NCBI RefSeq assembly: GCF_009914755.1
Contig: NC_060938.1
Direction: 5' to 3' (one strand)
Source of the DNA: the human T2T-CHM13v2.0 reference genome, Homo sapiens
Length of the DNA stretch: 64,000 bases
This document shows positions 1-17,937 of the stretch, piece after piece (the first letter of the stretch is position 1; every line of letters begins with the position of its first letter). The position numbers were made by a program, and so were the translations under genes. The notes beneath the pieces were generated by a model that worked only from the letters and a program-made list of their open reading frames with translations, searched no databases and was not told the DNA's origin.

Positions 1-394
1 GGGTGTTGCTATGTTTCCCAGGCTAGTCTCAAACTCCTGGGCTCAAACAATCCACCCGCCTTAGCTCCCAAAGTGCTGGGATTACAGATGTGAGCTACCA
101 TGCATGGCCAGGAGAATGTTCTTGTTCTTAGGACAAACACGCTGAACTATTTAGTGGTGAAATGTCATGATGCCTGCAACTTACTTTCAAATGGTTCAGA
201 AAGAGAGAGAAAAAAAATGCAAATTTGTAGAATGCTAACAAATGGTGAATCCAGGCAAAGATTATATGAGGATGTATTATGCTGTAATTTTCTTTACTTT
301 TTCTAATTTGAAATTAAAATAGAACATAATTTAAAACAAGTTTTTCGTTTTGTTTTGTTTTGAGACAGAGTCTCACCTGTGGCCCAGCCTGTAG

Positions 395-568
<174 letters not shown>

Positions 569-1944
569 TGACCTCAGGTGATCCGCCTGCCTCGGCCTCC
601 CAAAGTGCTGGGATTATAGGCATGAGCCACCACGCCTGGCCAACAAAAAAGTTTTTAAAGCCTTAAAAGAGTTTTCCTCCTGGAAGCCTACTGTAAAGAA
701 GTAATGCCCATGGTTTTTAGATGCAAAATAAAGCACATTTTAACTCCTGAATCATTTATACTTTATTTTGTTTACTTTTTTTTTTCAAGAGACAGAGTCT
801 CTGCCTGGTTTGGTGGGTCAGGCTTGTAATCTCAGGACTTTGGAAAGCCAGGGCAGGAGGATTGCTTGGGGCCAGGGGTTTGAGACTAGACAGGGTAACA
901 TGGCGAGACCCTGTCTCTATAAAAAATAAAAATAAAAAGGCCAGCCATCATGATGGCTCAGGCCTGTAATCTCAGCACTTTGGGAGGCTGAGGCGGGAGG
1001 ATTGCTTGATACCAGGAGTTCAAGCCCAGCCTGGGCAACATAGCAAGACCTAAAAAAAGACAAGGTCTTGTTCTGTCCCCCAGGCAGGAGTGCAATGGCA
1101 TGATTATAGCTCAGTACAGCCTCAAACTCCCAGGCTCAAGTAATTCTCCCACCTCTGCCTCCCCAGTAGCTGGAACCACAAGAGCGCATGCCCTCATGCC
1201 CAGCTAATTTATTTTTTATTTTTTGTAGAGATGGGGACTTGCCCTATGTTGCCCAGGCTGGTCTCCCCTCAAGGGTTCACCTGAAGCGATCCTCCTGCCT
1301 CTGCCTTCCAAAGTGCTAGGATTACAGGAGTGAACCACTGCACCTGGCCCTGAATCATATTTTAATTTACAACTGAGTTCTAAACTTTTGTCTTCCCAAG
1401 AAATTTTAAAAGGAAGGCAATATAGATAACTCAAAACAAATTTGTAAAATGGAATTCACTGGCATCAGTCCAGGAGAATTAAAATTTGGGGGCTAGCTGT
1501 TAGGCATAAGTAGAAAATATGACTTAATCTGGGAATGTCTGGTCACAGATAAAACTGACATACATGTGAGTCTACAGACTGGATTAATGACATATACCTG
1601 AAAGCTTAGAAGAGTGTTTTGCAAAGAGCCCCACTGTTTGTATCCGTGAAAGTCCAGTCAGAAACATAGAAGCCACTGTTTGAAAGAGAGAAACTAGTTC
1701 AGGGAATTGTTTACACGAGGGATGAACAGCTGAGGCTAAGAAGTTCAAAGTGGACAGTGAGGGCCAGCTGCAATGGCTCACGCCTATAATCCCAGCACTT
1801 TGAGAGGCCATAGCGGGAGGACTGCTTGGGCCCAGGAGTTCGAGACCAGGCTGGGCAACATAGTGGGACCACCCCCTGCCCCCCGCCCCCGCCTCCATCT
1901 CTTAAAAAAAAAAATCTGTTCTTTTGACTCTTTTTTTTTTTTTT

Positions 1945-2160
1945 TTTGATTTATTTTACTTTAAGTTCTAGGATACATGTGCAGAACGTACAGGTTTGTT
2001 ACATAGGTATACATGTGCCATGGTGGTTTGCTGTACCCATCAACCTGTCATCTAGGTTTTAAGCACTGCATGCCTTAGGTATTTGTCCTAATGCTCTCCT
2101 TCCCTTTGTGCCCCACCCCACAACAGGCCCCAGTGTGTGATGTTCCCCTCCCTATGTCCA
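1945..2160 (-). mobile_element. L1PA 3' end inserted in the linker of an Alu
   Basis: ctttaagttctaggatacatgtgcagaacgtacaggtttgttacatagg. Host Alu 1761-2337 has TSD AAAGTGGACAGTGA. Confidence 0.85.
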
Positions 2161-2722
2161 AAAAATTTAAAAATTAGCTGGGCGTGGTGGCGCACACCTG
2201 TGGCCCCAGCTACTTGGGAGGCTGAGGTGGGCAGACTGCTTGAGCTGGAGAGGTCGAGGTTACAGTGAGCTGTGATTGTGTCACTGCATTCCGGAGTGGG
2301 CAACAGAGTAAGACCTTGTCTCAAAACAAAACAAAACAAAGTGGACAGTGAAGCAACTCAGAGTTAACATCAGCAGAAAGCCACAACCACCCCTACGTGT
2401 CATCATCCTCAGGAGCTACAGCCAGGGGGTCAAGGAGGAGCAGGAGCCCCTGAGGAAGGGGCTGTTCTAAGGGTACGGGAGAGAGGGGGAGAAATCCCAC
2501 CTTTCCTCTTCCTTCCATCCTCTAACTTTTCACCATGACTAAGCCCAGGGGTAGGTCAAGGGCAAGGGAGTTTGGGGAAAATAGTTTCTTGTGATAAAGA
2601 GCAGAGTAGCAGAAGGGCAAGGGATGGATCTGAAAACAAGTAGCTAGAGAAGAGGCATATACACTATTCCATCTTTTTTGCTTTTTGCTAAGATTTCTCA
2701 AATTCATACTCATATGCGATAG

Positions 2723-2968
<246 letters not shown>

Positions 2969-3153
2969 TGATCCGCCTGCCTCGGCCTCCCAGAGTGCTG
3001 GGATTACAGGTGTGAGCCACCACACCCAGCCCATATGTCATCGACTTTTAAAAAACAACAAGAAATATGAAACTCTAGTAATAATGGTTGAGTTAAGACT
3101 AATGAAAAGACAGAATTTGAAAAATAATGTCTTCTGACCATATCTGGACTTAC

Positions 3154-3204
3154 ATAGGATTGCTGCGAAACATTAAGTTTCATTTTGCATCTTCAATAAA
3201 TAAT
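3154..3204 (-). pseudogene. Candidate exon relic 12 (51 nt)
   Basis: Acceptor ttttttacaaaatag| and consensus donor TAT|gtaagt in unique sequence. Confidence 0.33.
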
Positions 3205-3384
3205 CTATTTTGTAAAAAAATTATATCTGCCCTGGCCAGGTGTGTTGGTGCACGCCTGTAGTCCCAGCTACTCAAGAGGCTAAGGCAGGAGGATTGCTTG
3301 AGCCAAGAGATTGAGGCTGCAGTGAACCATGATTGTGCCACTGCACTGCCACCTGGGTGACAGAGCAAGACCCTGTCTCAATAA

Positions 3385-3785
<401 letters not shown>

Positions 3786-3789
3786 TAAT

Positions 3790-3873
3790 GCTAAATGTTG
3801 AATACTTGTTTGCCTGAAAGTAAAGCATCATCCCTGTGATACTAAAAAAAGCTCCTGGAACAGCTGGTGTCAC
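3790..3873 (-). pseudogene. Candidate exon relic 11
   Basis: Acceptor aactgctccccag|G. Reads HQLFQELFL / SIT / DDALLS across frames. 3' boundary approximate. Confidence 0.35.
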
Positions 3874-6115
3874 CTGGGGAGCAGTTTCTTTGTTGTTGTG
3901 TGGTTAAGTATTGTACCATATACAGTTATCCAGTGGCAGGGAGCTGTGCAATGTGACAAGACTCCAGAAGTGCAGGTTTAGCAGTGGCAAAGAGCTCCAT
4001 TAATTATTCTTCTAGGTGTACTGTTCTCCAGACAGGAAGGAAATTCTGGGACAACGTTGTTTAAACTTTTCAGTCTGTAGACCACTTCAGGGGAAGAAAA
4101 GAAAACCTTGTATTTCACCTCTCCCACTCACTCCCCTTCCCTCTAAAGAAAACCTCTCTGGGGAGAGAGGGACAAAAGGCCTTAGATCTCCTTCTTTGTT
4201 AGCGGAATCACTTAATGATACTGGAAGCCAGTGAATGACGTTGGGATTGAAGGTAGGTAGTACAGAGGAGACAGGGATGAGTAAAACACCAGAGGAAACA
4301 AGATGCAATGGGCAGAAGTTGGTGAGTCCATGATTAGAAGGTTATCATAAAATTTAGAGTCTAAATTAAATACACCATATCAAGCAGAGTCAATAAAATA
4401 AAAAATAAAAATAAGAAAATAAATTAAATATGCCAAAATGGCAGGGGCGTTTTGTTCAGCCTGCACAATCTTTTATTTTTTTTATCTTTTTTTTTTTTTG
4501 AGATGGAGTCTGGCTCTGTCGCCCAGGCTGGAGTGCAGTGGCGCAATCTCGGCTCACTGCAATCTCCACCTCCCAGTTCAAGCAATTCTCCTGCCTTAGC
4601 CTCCCAAGTAGCTGGGATTTCAGGCGCCAGCCAACACGCCCAGTTAATTTTTGTATTTTTTTTTAGTAGGGATGGGGTTTCACCATGTTGTCTAGGCTGG
4701 TCTTGAACTCCTGACCTCAAGTAATCCGCCCACGTCTGCCTCCCAAAGTGCTGGGATTACAGGCATGAGCCACTGTGACCGGCCAATTTTTTATTTTTTA
4801 AATTTTTCTTAGTTTTTTAAAATTGTGCATGTATCTCATCTTATGCAAAATCATTTAAATTAAGTTATTTGACATTAAAAATAGAGAATTTCATATAAAA
4901 ATCGAAATTCTAGCTTCTCTTATAGATTGGGATGCCGTGGCCACACTGGGCCCTGATTCCTACATGGCAGTCACTTGAACCCTCTCTGGTCCACCATGTC
5001 CCAGCCTTACCTGGTTCAGTCATGTATGTTACTTGCCTGGCCCCTGTGTGCAAGTAATCCTTTTTCCTTTCTTCTGCCTGCATTCTAAATTGCCTAAGCG
5101 TTTGCACTATCACCCTCATATTCTATCTTTTTGTATTGAATCAGCTTCTGTAGTGATTAGTGTCCATTTGTTAAGCCACTATTTGAATTAATAAAAACTC
5201 ATCTCAGAAATTGCAATGAATATCCCCCATGATACATCATTTCACATTTTTTTGTGAAAGGAGGGATATATGAAAGCCATTGTGTAAGCTGGGCACAGTA
5301 GCTCACGCCTGTAATCCCAGCACTTTGGGAAGTCAAGGTGGGCAGATTGCTTGAGCGCAGGAGTTCAGGACCAGCCTAGGCAGCATGGTGAAACCCCGTC
5401 TTAACAAAAAATACAAAAAATCAGCTGGGCTTTGGTGGCACCTCTGTAGTCCCAGCTACTTGGGAGGCTGAGGTGGGATCGCTTGAGCCTAGGAGGTCGA
5501 GACTGCAGTAGCCATGATCATGCCACTGCAATCCAGCCTGGGTGATGAAGTGAGACCATGTCTCAAAAAAAAAAAAATTGTATGATTACACACGCAAACA
5601 CATCTCTGCCTACAACTGAAAGAATTTGAGTTGACTTGAAGTAAAATTAAATTATAACAACAAAACAAGTGACAAACCACCCCACAATTAAAGGCAAAAA
5701 TCCAGTAAAAAACGTCAGTTAGCTGAGATTAAGCCTTCATGTTGTAAACCTCCTTTGGGTCATTCCCTTTTTTAGTACTTACCCAGTTAAAACTTGTTTG
5801 ATGCCTTAAACCCCTGCTAGACTATAAACTCTTAATGGCAGGGACTTTGTCAATCTTATATATTACCATATTCCAAAGTGCATAGCATAGAGCCTCATTA
5901 GTTCAATAAATAGATGAAAATGTATCAGGAAACTTTTTTGCTCAGTTGCTGCTAAAGAAAATCTATAGCAATCAAACATAAAATTGTTTTTCAAACTCTT
6001 AGCAGCCAGGACAAAGAAAGAAGCAGCCAAAGGTCTTGGCCTGTAGCCTGTCCGTATTGTAGGATTAGCCCCTGTCCCAGAAACAGTGTGGATAAAACAA
6101 ACAAACAAACTAAAC

Positions 6116-6263
6116 CTCCAGCTAAGAAAGTTGCTCTGGATTCCTATTTGTTGGTGCCTTGAGGAGCAAGGTACAAGGTGCATATCACTAGTCTGGCTTC
6201 CAGGACAAGACTGTGATCACTTGGAGATCACAGTCATAGAGGAACTGGTTTTCAGACAGGCAC
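6116..6263 (-). pseudogene. Candidate exon relic 10
   Basis: Strong acceptor ttttgttcttcatcatctag|G, donor GAG|gtttag. Reads CLSENQFLYDCDLQVI, then shifted QSCPGSQTSDMHL..GIQ..SW (LRR-like). Confidence 0.45.
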
Positions 6264-6760
6264 CTAGATGATGAAGAACAAAACACAAGACATATTAATT
6301 GCAATGAGGATTTAGGAGGTGGCAGAATCCTATTACTAGGTCTAGCCAATAAGATTAGAAGAGGACAGGTTGAGCATGGTGGCTTACACCTTTAAGCCCA
6401 GCACTTTGGAAAGCCAGGGCAAGAGGATGGCTTGAGCCCAGGAGTTTGAGACCAGCCTGGGCAATACAGTGAGACCTCATCTCTAAAAAAATGTTTTAAA
6501 AAAGATTAGAATAAAACAAGCTTAACTTGTAGGAAGTAACCAGAGCGATGAAGTAAACTTCCACTTTCAGAATTGGTTCCAGCATCTAGAGATAGGTCAA
6601 GACTGTAGTGCCTGGGGAACAATCTAAGAATAGAGAATCAGGAAGGCCATTAAATATTACAGGGGTAGGCCAGGCATGTTGGCTCATGCCTGTAATCCCA
6701 GCACTTTGGGAGGCCAAGGCAGGCAAATTGCTTGAGCTCAGGAGTTCAAGACTCACCTGG

Positions 6761-7284
<524 letters not shown>

Positions 7285-7699
7285 CTAGGGGCAACATATA
7301 TATATATTTGAGATGGTCTTGCTCTGTTGTCCTGACTGGAGTGCAGTGGCACAATCACAGCTCACTGCAGCCTTGACCTCCGCGGACAAGCAATCCTCCT
7401 GCCTCAGCCTCCCAAGTAGCTGGGACCACAGGTGTGCCATCATGCCTGGCTAATTATTTTTTATTTTTATCTTTTGTAGAGACAGTGTCTTATCATGTTG
7501 CCCAGGCTTATGTATAATATTGAACTAGTTATTTCATCTCATGATGTCTTATTGTACATAGTCATATGGAAAAACAAAATTAAAATAATGAAATACCGGG
7601 GGAAAGATGTGACATACTGCAAAAATACATTAAAACTCCAAGATCTTGATGTAAGCAATAGTGAAAAATACCCATAAAAATGTTAAGTAAAGCTAAACT

Positions 7700-7820
7700 C
7701 CCCTATCCTGTGTGGACTTGAATGCTACTATGCCACATTCATCGACCTCTTTGGGCTCCCTCTGGTGGCACATTAGTCCTCAGTGATAACTGAGTATTTT
7801 GGAGAATTTCTTGTAAATTC
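7700..7820 (-). pseudogene. Candidate exon relic 9
   Basis: Acceptor gctttcatccacag|G. Reads EFTRNSPK / QLSLR / EVDECGIVAF across frames. 3' boundary approximate. Confidence 0.33.
7755..7770 (-). promoter_or_regulatory. Candidate CTCF motif
   Basis: Minus strand TGCCACCAGAGGGAGC versus consensus TGGCCACCAGGGGGCGC, in non-repeat DNA. Confidence 0.5.
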
Positions 7821-8409
7821 CTGTGGATGAAAGCTTCATTGAATAGTTTTTTAGCTAACCAGTCATAAATATTCAAATAAGTATAAAATGATGGCTGGGC
7901 ACAGTGGCTTATGTCTGTAATCCCAGCACTTTGGGAGGCTAAAGCAGGAGGATCACTTGAGCCAGGGAGTTTGGGACCAGCCTGGACAACATAGTGAGAC
8001 ACTGTTTTTACCGAAATAAAGAAAAGGGGTGGCACATACCTGTGGTCCCAGCTATTCAGGAGGCTGAGCTGGGAGGATCATTTGAGCTCAGGAGATTGAG
8101 CCTGCAGTGAGCTGTGATTGTGCCACTGCACTCCAGCCTGGGTGACAGAGCAAGATCCCATATCCACTGTGTGAGCCACTGTGCCCAACCAAACATTTTT
8201 CAATAAAAAAAAATTTTAAATTCATCAACCCTGGCTTACAGAAGTCAATTTAAAAAAAAATTGAGAGACAGGGTCTCACTATATTGCCCAGGTTGGTCTT
8301 CATCTCCTGGCCTCAAGTGTTCCTCCTGCCTGGGCCTCCAAAAATGCTGGGATTCCAGGGATAAGTCATCATGCCCGACCTAAAATCAGTCAATTTTTGA
8401 TGTTGGTGA

Positions 8410-8744
<335 letters not shown>

Positions 8745-8861
8745 CCTTATACACTCTTGATGTGACTGAAATTTTGCTAATGACTTTGGATAAAAATTTG
8801 GTATTGTCTTAAAAATTGAAAATGTCATTTCTAATCCAGCAATTTCACTCCTATGTATTTA

Positions 8862-9158
<297 letters not shown>

Positions 9159-9464
9159 CTATTCAGGGGGCTGAGGCATGAGAATCACTTGAACCCAAGA
9201 GGCGGAGGTTGCAGTGAACCGAGATCACGTCACTGCACTTCAGCCTGGGCGATAGAGTGAGACTCTGTCTCAAAAAGCAAAAACAAAAACAAAAACTAAA
9301 ATTGAAACACTATACAGCAGTGAAAATGGGTAAACCATAGCGGTAGGCATGAATATGGATGAGAACCTCAAAAATGCTAAATGGGGAAAAAACTATCACA
9401 GAAAAATATATAGAGCATGATTCCATTATGTAAAGGTCAAAGACAGGCTGGGTGTGGTGGCTCA

Positions 9465-9758
<294 letters not shown>

Positions 9759-10207
9759 TCAGCAAACAGTACTTCTTTTCTCCATCAAGCTACCTATTAG
9801 CAATACATCTTTTACTTTTAAGAAATCTAAGCTATAGGTCAGGCGCGGTGACTCACACCTGTAATCCCAGCATTTTGGGAGGCAAAGGTGGATGGATTAC
9901 TTGAGCAGGAGTTTGAGACCAGCCTGGCCAACACGGTGAAACCCCATCTCCACCAAAAATTACAAAATTTAGCTGAGTGCGGTGGTGTGCACCTATAATC
10001 CCAGCTATTCGGGAGGCTGAGGCAGGAGAATCACTTGAACCCGGGAGACAGAGGTTTCAGGGAGCCGAGACCATTCCACTGTACTCTAGCCTGGGCGGCA
10101 GAGCAAGATTCTGTCTCAAAAACAGAACAGAACAAAACAAAAATCTAAGCTACATTACTTTTTTTTTTGGAGATGGAGTTTTGCCCTTGTTGCCCAAGCC
10201 ATAGTGA

Positions 10208-10507
<300 letters not shown>

Positions 10508-10580
10508 TAATAAATTTTACTGTTTAAACTCCATTTTGTTATTATAAATTTATTTAAATGCTATTTATTTTATTGCTTAA

Positions 10581-10856
<276 letters not shown>

Positions 10857-11190
10857 TGAGCCACTGCTCCTGGCTAATACGCTACATTTTTTAAAGCCTA
10901 TTTTTAAAATAAGTTTTTTCTTTGTTTGTTTTTACTTTTTTAGAGATGGGGGTCTCACTATGCTGCCCGTGCTAGAATATAGTGATTATTTACAAGTGCA
11001 ATCATACCATGCTATAGACTGAAACTCCTCGGTTCAAACAATCTTCCTGTCTCAGCCTCCTGAGTAACTGGGACTACAGGCATGCACCAACATGCCCAGC
11101 AAAAAGAAGCTATGTTTAATATGGTTATTATGAGCAAGACTGTCATGTCTAAAGCAACAGACTTCAGTTTTACATGAAAAGTGCAGATAC

Positions 11191-11319
11191 CAATGCATTT
11201 GCCTCTGATGATCTGTGATTATCCTTCTGATAGAATAATCTCTTGTTTGAGCTAAGCACATCTTGTTTGAAATACGATTATATATTTAGCAATCCTGACC
11301 TCTCATAGGACTTTTACAC
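11191..11319 (-). pseudogene. Candidate exon relic 8
   Basis: Acceptor ttttattatag|G, donor TTG|gtatct, 129 nt. Continues (W)CKS, then after a 1-nt shift L*EVRIAK (TGA is consistent with CpG decay of CGA). Confidence 0.42.
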
Positions 11320-11446
11320 CTATAATAAAATTATTAATGCTTTGCATTTGTAAGGCATTTCATGGATTTTCAAGTGTCACTAGAAGACGTTTCCCTCATT
11401 GTACAGTTCAGAAAACTGAAGACAAGAGGCTGGGTGCGGTGGCTCA

Positions 11447-12093
<647 letters not shown>

Positions 12094-12370
12094 TAAAATA
12101 GCTATAATTTGGTAGGTAGAATTTAAATTATTGTATTAATAATTGTCTTCATATGCTATAACAAAATGCCATAAATTGCATGGCTTAAACAACAGTTTAA
12201 GCCATTTAATGAAATGCAAGGCAGCATGTTAGGCACTGACAGAATTACAGCATTAATAATATGACATGATCTGTGTCTCCAAGAAGCTTACAATGTAGGA
12301 AGGGCAATCTGCCAGTATTTTAATTTAATTTTATTTATTTATTTATTTACTTTATTATTTATCATTTTGA

Positions 12371-12529
<159 letters not shown>

Positions 12530-12590
12530 TAGTAGAGATGGGGTTTCGCCATGTTGGTCTGGCTGGACTCAAACTCCTGACCTTGGGTGA

Positions 12591-12869
<279 letters not shown>

Positions 12870-13459
12870 TGAGCTCCTGACTTCAGGTGATCTACCTGCC
12901 TCGGCCTCCCAAAGTGTTGGGATTACAGGCGTGAGCCACTATGCCAGACCTATTTTATTTATTACTATTTTTTGAGACAGGGTCTCACTCTGTTATGCAG
13001 GCTGGAATGTAGTGATGTTACCACGGCTCACTGCAGCCTCAACCTCCTTGCCTCAAGTGATCCTCCCGCCTCAGCCTCCAAAAGTAGCTGGGACTACAGG
13101 TGCGTGCCACCGCCCCTGGCTAATTTTGTTTGTTTGTTTGTTTGTTTGTTTTGTAGACATGGGGTCCCACTATGTTGCCTTGGCTGATCTGCCAGTATTT
13201 TAGGGGAGATATAGTAATAGCTTTTGTTAATGGGCTAAAAAAACTAGGCTTCTTCTCAGTTAACACATTAAAAAGAGCCCCTAGTACTTTTCCTTTACCA
13301 TTAGACGCATACAGAGTGCATTTGGTAAATTAGTAAGCACACCAAGGGAGAGGCAACACACTGACCTATATCAATGTATTGTTTTTCATTTAAATAGCAT
13401 CTTAATTCACTGGAGACTTTAAATGAATGTTTATTAGAATATTTACACCTATTGATTAC

Positions 13460-13719
13460 CATGGTAGCAGATGATTAGTGAGTTCGATGCCACAATTAAA
13501 ATGAAAATTCCTACTGCTCTGATGAACAGGAATGTCCAGATGATGGCAAGTCTGAAACTTGCAACAATCAGATAAATTATTGCATGAACCCTTAAGCAAT
13601 GACAATCTTTTGCAAATATGTCTGATTCTAGAAGGTTCACACAATTATAGCTTTGGACTATTGAGAGGGTCTTAGTCCAATCCAGCTGCACACGTGCCTT
13701 TGAACTTAAGTAATATCTA
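13460..13719 (-). pseudogene. Candidate exon relic 7
   Basis: NAGNAG acceptor ctattcacagtag, donor ATG|gtaatc. Frame ...IRHICKRLSLLKGSCNNLSD..HLDIP..IELTNHLLP(W) ends in phase 2. Confidence 0.42.
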
Positions 13720-13903
13720 CTGTGAATAGCACACATTTCTCAGCACAAATCTCTTTGCCTTTTAGTTTTACTACCATAATGAAAATGTTAAATAGTACAG
13801 AATAATAATATTTATGTCAAAAATAGTAAGAGAGTTTTGCATTATAGATCCTTGGATGAATTCAAATAGAAAGAAATCAGAGGAGTATTTTACTGACAAA
13901 TGA

Positions 13904-14393
<490 letters not shown>

Positions 14394-14567
14394 TAGGATT
14401 TGCAATTGTTTTTAAAAAACAGTGGCACACTACCTTTAAACAAAATCACATACAGCAGCCCAACATATTAAACTACTGTCTGGGAGGAGGTAGGAAATTC
14501 TTTATCTAACAAATGGGGAAAATCAGTAAGCTATATTATGAGGCTTTTAATGAGTAAGATGACTCAC

Positions 14568-14684
14568 AGCTGAAAGAATTTGCCCTTGACTGCTATGACA
14601 GAATACTTTGTTAAAACAGAGGACAGTCTTGCAATTCAGAGCAAGAACAGTGGGAAACCATCTTTTCTATTCCATTCCCAGCAA
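14568..14684 (-). pseudogene. Candidate exon relic 6
   Basis: Acceptor ttcataataatttag|, strong donor GCT|gtgagt, 117 nt. Phase-1 frame reads (V)AGNGIEKMVSHCSCSELQDCPLF*. Confidence 0.45.
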
Positions 14685-15413
14685 CTAAATTATTATGAAT
14701 GGAAATATGTCCAAATGTGGTTAATATCTTCTACTTATACTTCTCATACAAACTGGTATACAGGCCAGGTGCAGTGCCTCATGTCTGTAATCCCAGAACT
14801 TTGAGAGGCTGAGGTGGGAGGATTGCTTGTGCTCAGGAGTTCAAGGCTGCAGTGAGCAGCCTAGGTGACAGAGCAAGACCCTGCCTCAAACAAAACAAAA
14901 CAAAAACAAATTGGTGTATGAAACCAGTCTGAGACCTTCAGCTTTGAAGACTCACAGAAGATAATTATTATAATTTAAAATTTTCCACGTTACAGTTCTG
15001 TAATAGTGGAGTAGTTTGTATTGGATCAACATTCCCACATACAATAATAATATATATTTTAAAGACAGGGTCTCGCTCTGTCACCCAGGCTGGAGTGCAG
15101 TGGCTCAATCATAGCTCACTGTAACCCGGAACTCCTGGGCCTAAGGGATCCTCCAGCCTCAGCCTCCTAAGTAGCTAGGACAACAGGCACAGGCCATCAT
15201 GCCTGGCTAGTTTTTAAATTTTTGGTAGAGGCAGGGTCTTGCTATGTTGCTCAGGCTGGTCTCAAACTCCTGGCCTCTATTGATCCTCCCATCTCAGCCT
15301 CCCAAATGCTGGGATTACAGGCATGAATCACCATGCCTGACCGAGAGTAGATCTTGAATGTTCTAACTACACATGAAAAAACAGTAACTATGTGAGGCAA
15401 TGGATATATGATA

Positions 15414-15776
15414 TGATATGGTTAGGCTTTATGTCACCACCCAAATCTCATCTTGTATTGTAATCCCCAGGTGTTGAGGGAGGAGGCTGGTGGGCGGTGA
15501 CTGGATCATGGGGGCATTTCCCCGCATCCTGTTCTCCTGATAGTGAGTGAGTTCTCACGAGATCTGGTGGGTTTATAAGGCAGTTTTCCCTGCTCTTGCT
15601 CATGCCCTCTCACCTGCCCCGTTGTAAGATGTGCCTGCTTCCCCTTCCTCTGCAATTGTAAGTTTCCTGAGGCCTCCCCAGCCATGCAGAACCGTGAGTC
15701 AATTAAACCTCTTTTTTTTAATAAATGACCCAGTCTTGGGTTTGTCTTTACAGCAGTGTGAAAATGGATGAATACA
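15414..15776 (+). mobile_element. ERVL-MaLR (MST/THE1) solo LTR inside an L1M 3' end
   Basis: tgatatggttaggcttt...cccaaatctcatcttg...gtgagtcaattaaacctc...aataca. Confidence 0.88.
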
Positions 15777-16593
15777 TGCTAATTAGCTTGATTGTGGTAT
15801 TCATTTAACACTATATGCATATGTGAAAACATCATGTTGTACACCATCAATATATACAACTTTTAATTTTATTATTTTATTTATTTATTATTCTTAAAAT
15901 TTTTCCTGAGACCGGGTCTTACTCTGTCACCCAGCCTATAGTGCAGTGGCATGATTATAGCTCACTGCAGCTTCAACCTCCTGGGTTTAAGTGATCCTCC
16001 CACATCAGACTCCTGAGTAGCTGGGACTACAGGCATGCACCACCATGCCAAGCTAATTTTTGTCATTTTTGTAGAGACAGGGTTTCACTCTGTTGCCCAG
16101 GCTGGTCTCAAACTGCTGGCCTCAAGTAATCCACCCACACTGGCCTCCCAAAGTGCCAAAATTACAGATTTGAGCCACCGCACCTGGCCCATTATTATTT
16201 TTTTGGAATGGGGTCTCACTATGTGGCCCAGGCTGGTGTTGAACTCCTGGCCTTAGTGATCCTCCTGCCTCAGTCTCCCAAAGTGTTGGGAGTCTCCCAA
16301 AGTAGCTCATGGCTATGAGCCACTGTGCCCAGCCTATAAGCACATACAATTTTATTTCATCAATGTTACCTCAGTAAAGCTGGGAGGGAAGAAAGAAAGA
16401 AATTAATCAACAGGCCAGACGCAGTGGCTCAATCCTGTAATCCTAGCACATTGGGAGGTTGAGGTGGGTAGATCACCTGAGGTCAGGAGTTCGAGATCAG
16501 CCTGGCAAACATGGTGAAACCCCATTTCTACTAAAAATACAAAAAAAAAAATAGCCTGACATGGTGGCATGTGCCTGTAATCCCAGCTACTCA

Positions 16594-16698
<105 letters not shown>

Positions 16699-16703
16699 TC
16701 AAA

Positions 16704-16734
<31 letters not shown>

Positions 16735-16774
16735 AATCAGTAATCTAAATTTCCACTTTAAGAAGCTAGAAAAA

Positions 16775-16831
16775 TACTCTGTTCCCCTTCTCACTACTGC
16801 GCTTGACTGGTCTCAAAAAAAAAAAAAAAAA
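16775..16831 (+). pseudogene. RNY1: Y RNA (hY1-like) 5'-truncated retropseudogene
   Basis: tactctgttccccttctcactactgcgcttgactggtct matches the RNY1 3' end (TACTCTTTCCCCCCTTCTCACTACTGCACTTGACTAGTCT). A17 tail; TSD AAGCTAGAAAA at 16763-16773 and 16830-16840. Confidence 0.88.
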
Positions 16832-17937
16832 GCTAGAAAACGAGGATCAGCTGCAAAAACCTCAGAGCTAACCTCACACAATCAGTGAAATATTGAATTA
16901 TTTTTTGTAAGATCAGGAACAAGCCAAGACGTCCCCTCTCAACATTTCAACTCAACATTGTATTAGAAATCTTAGCGAATGCAAATAAATAAATAAATAA
17001 AAGGAACCGGGCACAGTGGCCCACACTTGTAATACCAGCACTTTGGGAGGCTAAGGTGAGCGGATTACTTGAGGTCAGGAGTTCGAGACCAACCTGGCCA
17101 ACATGGCAAAACCCCATCTCTATTGCAAATACAAAATTAGCCAGGCGTGGTGCCACGTGCCTGTAATCCCAGCTACTCAGGAGGCTGAGGCAGGAGAATC
17201 GCTTGAACTGGGGCTTGAACTGGGGCGGGGTGAGCAGGGGCGGAGATGGGCAGAGTTTGCAGTTAAGAGAGCAAGACTCCATCTCAAAAAATAAATAAAC
17301 AATAAAATAAACGGAATACAGATGGGAAATGAATAAGTAAAACTTTCAGTGTTCACACATATCATGATCATTAATTTTGGAAATCCAGGAATCTATAATA
17401 ACTCTAGAATTAATAATCCCAAGATCATAGGACACATGGTCAATATTTTAAAATCAATGACATTGGAAATACAACTGGAAAATGAAATGAAAACAATTCT
17501 ATTTACAATAGCATAAAAATACTTAGGAATAAATCTCACAAAAGCTGTGTAAGACTTCCACCCTGAACACTACAAAACAAACTGTACTATATTTATACAA
17601 TGGAATACTACTCAGTAATAAAAAGGGGCCAGGCATTGTGGCTCATGCCTGTAATCCCAGCACTTTGGGAGGCCGAGGCGGGCAGACGATTTGAGGTCAG
17701 GAGTTCAAGACCAGCCTGGCAAACATGGCGAAACCTCATCTCTACTAAAAATACAAAACTTAGCTGGGCATGGTGGCAGGTGCCTGTAATCCCAGCTGCT
17801 TGGGAGGCTGAGGCAGGAGAATCGCTTGAACCAGGGAGGTAGAGGTTGTGGTGAGCCGAGATCATGCCACTGTATTCCAGCCCGGGCAACAGAGCAAGAC
17901 CCTGTCTCTAAATAAATAAACAAATAGGATCAAACTA

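Noticed and set aside
6209-6235. Perfect 10-bp inverted repeat GACTGTGATC-N7-GATCACAGTC
   Set aside because: Too short for a pre-miRNA and could arise by chance in 64 kb; no supporting context.
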